From Myxococcota bacterium (lineage in GTDB: Bacteria > Myxococcota > Myxococcia > Myxococcales > Myxococcaceae), in contig JBEHYH010000001.1 in assembly GCA_048498275.1 (NCBI GenBank), forward strand, positions 4,876 to 68,875: 64,000 nt of DNA, written 5' to 3'. The position numbers and the translations under genes are program-made. The first letter of the stretch is position 1. Every line of letters begins with the position of its first letter. The notes under the pieces were generated by a model. It was not told the DNA's origin. It was given only the letters and a program-made list of their open reading frames with translations, and did no database searches. Of this stretch, positions 62,322 through 64,000 are shown piece by piece.

Positions 62322-64000
62322 AGCGCGCGCTTCTGGCAGCAGCGATCGTCACTCTCGGCGCGTTCGCCTTCTGGCTTTCACGTGATGAGAACACCAACAC
62401 GCCGCCGGCGACCGATGTCGCGACGACCGGCACCTCGAACGTCAACACCGCGAGTGAGGCGTGCCGCTTCGAGGTGGGCAACGAGCGCGCGTGGCGCGTG
62501 CGCGAGAAGTCGACGGTGAAGCTCGACGCGGTGGCGATCGGGATCACCGGCGCTCCCGACGGGGTACCAGATTCGATCATCGAGACCACGGCGACGCTGC
62601 AGGCGAAGGTGCTCTCGGTGCAGCCCGACAAGAGCGCGGTGTTGCTGGCGAAGTACGCCGACGTCAACGACGCCACGAAGCAGCAACTCGGCGAAAGCAT
62701 CGAGGCGCCCTTTCTCGTTCGCGTCGCGAGTGACTGTTCGCTCAACGGCTACGCGCGCCTCAAGGGCAACGCGGTGCTGCCCGCGCGTTCGCAGCAGGCG
62801 CTGATGCAGGAGCTGTGGTTCGCCGTGCCGGTCACGCCGAGCACCGTGGAGGTCGAAGACGGCGCCGGGCGCTATTCAGCGAACGTCGCGGCAGATGCCA
62901 TGGGCGCACGCCGTCGCATGCTCAATTACATCTCGCAGTGGCAGACCGCGATGGGCACGAAGGGCGCGCTGGTCATCGACGATGCGCTCCTCACCGTCGA
63001 GCGTGATGAAGGCACGTGGTTCCGTTCGATGCGCGGGCACACGGTGCTCTCGGGCCAGGCGCTCGCGCGCGCTGAACGCACGCTCGAAGTCGACGCGCAG
63101 CCTTCACTCGACGGTCTGCTCGATGGCGCACCACACGACGCCGACGCATACGTCTGGGAAGACCTGCTGCCGGTCGCGTACACACAAGACGCGAAACCGC
63201 TGAGCGCGGCAGAACGACGTGAACGCGAGCAGCTCGCCAGGCTGTCGTTGGAAGATGCGTTCGAGCGCTTCGCCACGCGCGTCGAAGCGGGCACGGGCTT
63301 CAATCAGCAGTGGCCCTTGCTGCGCGACTACCTCGAGGCGCGGCCTGATCAGATTCCCGTCGTCGCGGAGGCGTTGGAGAGCGGCGACATCCCCTCAGAT
63401 GCGCAGCCGGCGGTCTTTCTCGCGCTCGGAAAGACGCGCGCACCTGAAGCCCGTGATGCGCTGCTCGGCATCAATCGCAACGACAAGGGGCTCCCGCTGC
63501 ATCGCGTGCAGTCGGCGCTGCTGCTCGCCGATCGCAACGACACGCCGCCCATCTACGCGAAGGAACTTCGTGCCGCGACGCAGACGCTGTCGCGCTCGAA
63601 TTCGTCGGACAACGAGCGCCTCTACGGTCGCAACGCGGTGCTGGCGCTCACCGTGTTCGCCGCGCGGCAAGGCGACCGTGACGAATCGATCCGCGCCGAA
63701 GCGCATGAAGCGGTGGCCGAAATGCTGAAGCGTGGCAACACCAGCACCGAGCTCTCACCGGCGTTCGGCGCGATGGGCAACCTCGGCGACGTGTCGATGC
63801 TCCCGGAGATCCGCATGTGGTCGCAGCACGATGACGCGAACGTGCGCGCCGCGGTGCCGATGGCGCTGCGTCGCCTCACCGTCGAACAGGAAACGCCGCT
63901 CGTGCAGGAATGGATGGGCCGCGAGAAAGACCCCACAGTGCGGCGCGAACTCTGGTCACTGCTCTACCGTCAGCTCGCCGACGAGCAGCGCGACCTCCCG
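62318..64000 (+). CDS. Signal-anchored protein with beta-rich N-region and HEAT/ARM-like C-terminal repeats (3' end outside window)
   Basis: ATGA overlap with the upstream stop. Absent from the ORF track because it has no stop in the window. I translated it manually to base 64000 with no stop. MKRALLAAAIVTLGAFAFWL anchor; ..DANVRAAVPMAL.., ..DPTVRREL.. HEAT-like helices. Confidence 0.7.
   Translation, partial: MKRALLAAAIVTLGAFAFWLSRDENTNTPPATDVATTGTSNVNTASEACRFEVGNERAWRVREKSTVKLDAVAIGITGAPDGVPDSIIETTATLQAKVLSVQPDKSAVLLAKYADVNDATKQQLGESIEAPFLVRVASDCSLNGYARLKGNAVLPARSQQALMQELWFAVPVTPSTVEVEDGAGRYSANVAADAMGARRRMLNYISQWQTAMGTKGALVIDDALLTVERDEGTWFRSMRGHTVLSGQALARAERTLEVDAQPSLDGLLDGAPHDADAYVWEDLLPVAYTQDAKPLSAAERREREQLARLSLEDAFERFATRVEAGTGFNQQWPLLRDYLEARPDQIPVVAEALESGDIPSDAQPAVFLALGKTRAPEARDALLGINRNDKGLPLHRVQSALLLADRNDTPPIYAKELRAATQTLSRSNSSDNERLYGRNAVLALTVFAARQGDRDESIRAEAHEAVAEMLKRGNTSTELSPAFGAMGNLGDVSMLPEIRMWSQHDDANVRAAVPMALRRLTVEQETPLVQEWMGREKDPTVRRELWSLLYRQLADEQRDLP

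Overview
64-kb high-G+C chromosomal segment with myxobacterial hallmarks: Glt/Nfs-like envelope genes, TPR lipoproteins, and Cys-rich-repeat and delta-60-repeat lipoproteins. Layout follows. (i) 1-6615: a plus-strand operon of envelope genes (TPR proteins, small secreted protein, TonB-C-like membrane protein, OM beta-barrel, Wza-like exporter). (ii) 6852-13191: housekeeping genes, including a peptidoglycan-recycling trio (mpl / serine hydrolase / ldcA), an RsmB-type methyltransferase and an HD hydrolase. (iii) tRNA-Asn(GTT) at 13239-13311, followed directly by a ~29-kb integrated island of visibly lower G+C (13300 to ~42400). The island opens with a large serine recombinase whose last codons overlap the tRNA 3' end. 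It carries a Toprim/DUF3854-like gene, many orphans, an HNH nuclease, an uncharacterised MoxR-AAA+/vWA module, a Rad52-like SSAP plus Cas4-like exonuclease pair, an XRE switch and a collagen-like lipoprotein. At its distal end are two convergent defence-type operons. One is a six-gene Vsr-Dcm-SNF2-B3(EcoRII-N-like)-GHKL(MORC-like)-HNH operon (31044-37650). The other is a three-gene ABC-3C-type operon (41254-37777): DUF4297-like nuclease effector, middle component, SMC-like ABC ATPase. I saw no capsid, terminase, tail, relaxase or T4SS genes, so this is not an intact prophage or ICE. (iv) 42434-52981: ArsR-type regulators, a His-rich mini-protein, SRPBCC, DHFR-like, a PLP enzyme, a Cys-rich lipoprotein, a FliB-like protein, an OPT transporter and a hydrolase. 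(v) 53440 to beyond 64000: a translationally coupled operon of giant lipoproteins. The first (1376 aa) has a Cys-peptidase-like domain, repeats and a delta-60 region. The second (1584 aa) has six SUEL-lectin-like modules and a C-type-lectin-like insert. A third, HEAT-like protein runs off the window. Four apparent reading-frame lesions (near 14870, 21788, 42659 and ~51600) need read-level verification. No rRNA, CRISPR array or IS transposase was found. All domain calls come from motif recognition by eye; no database search or computation was possible.
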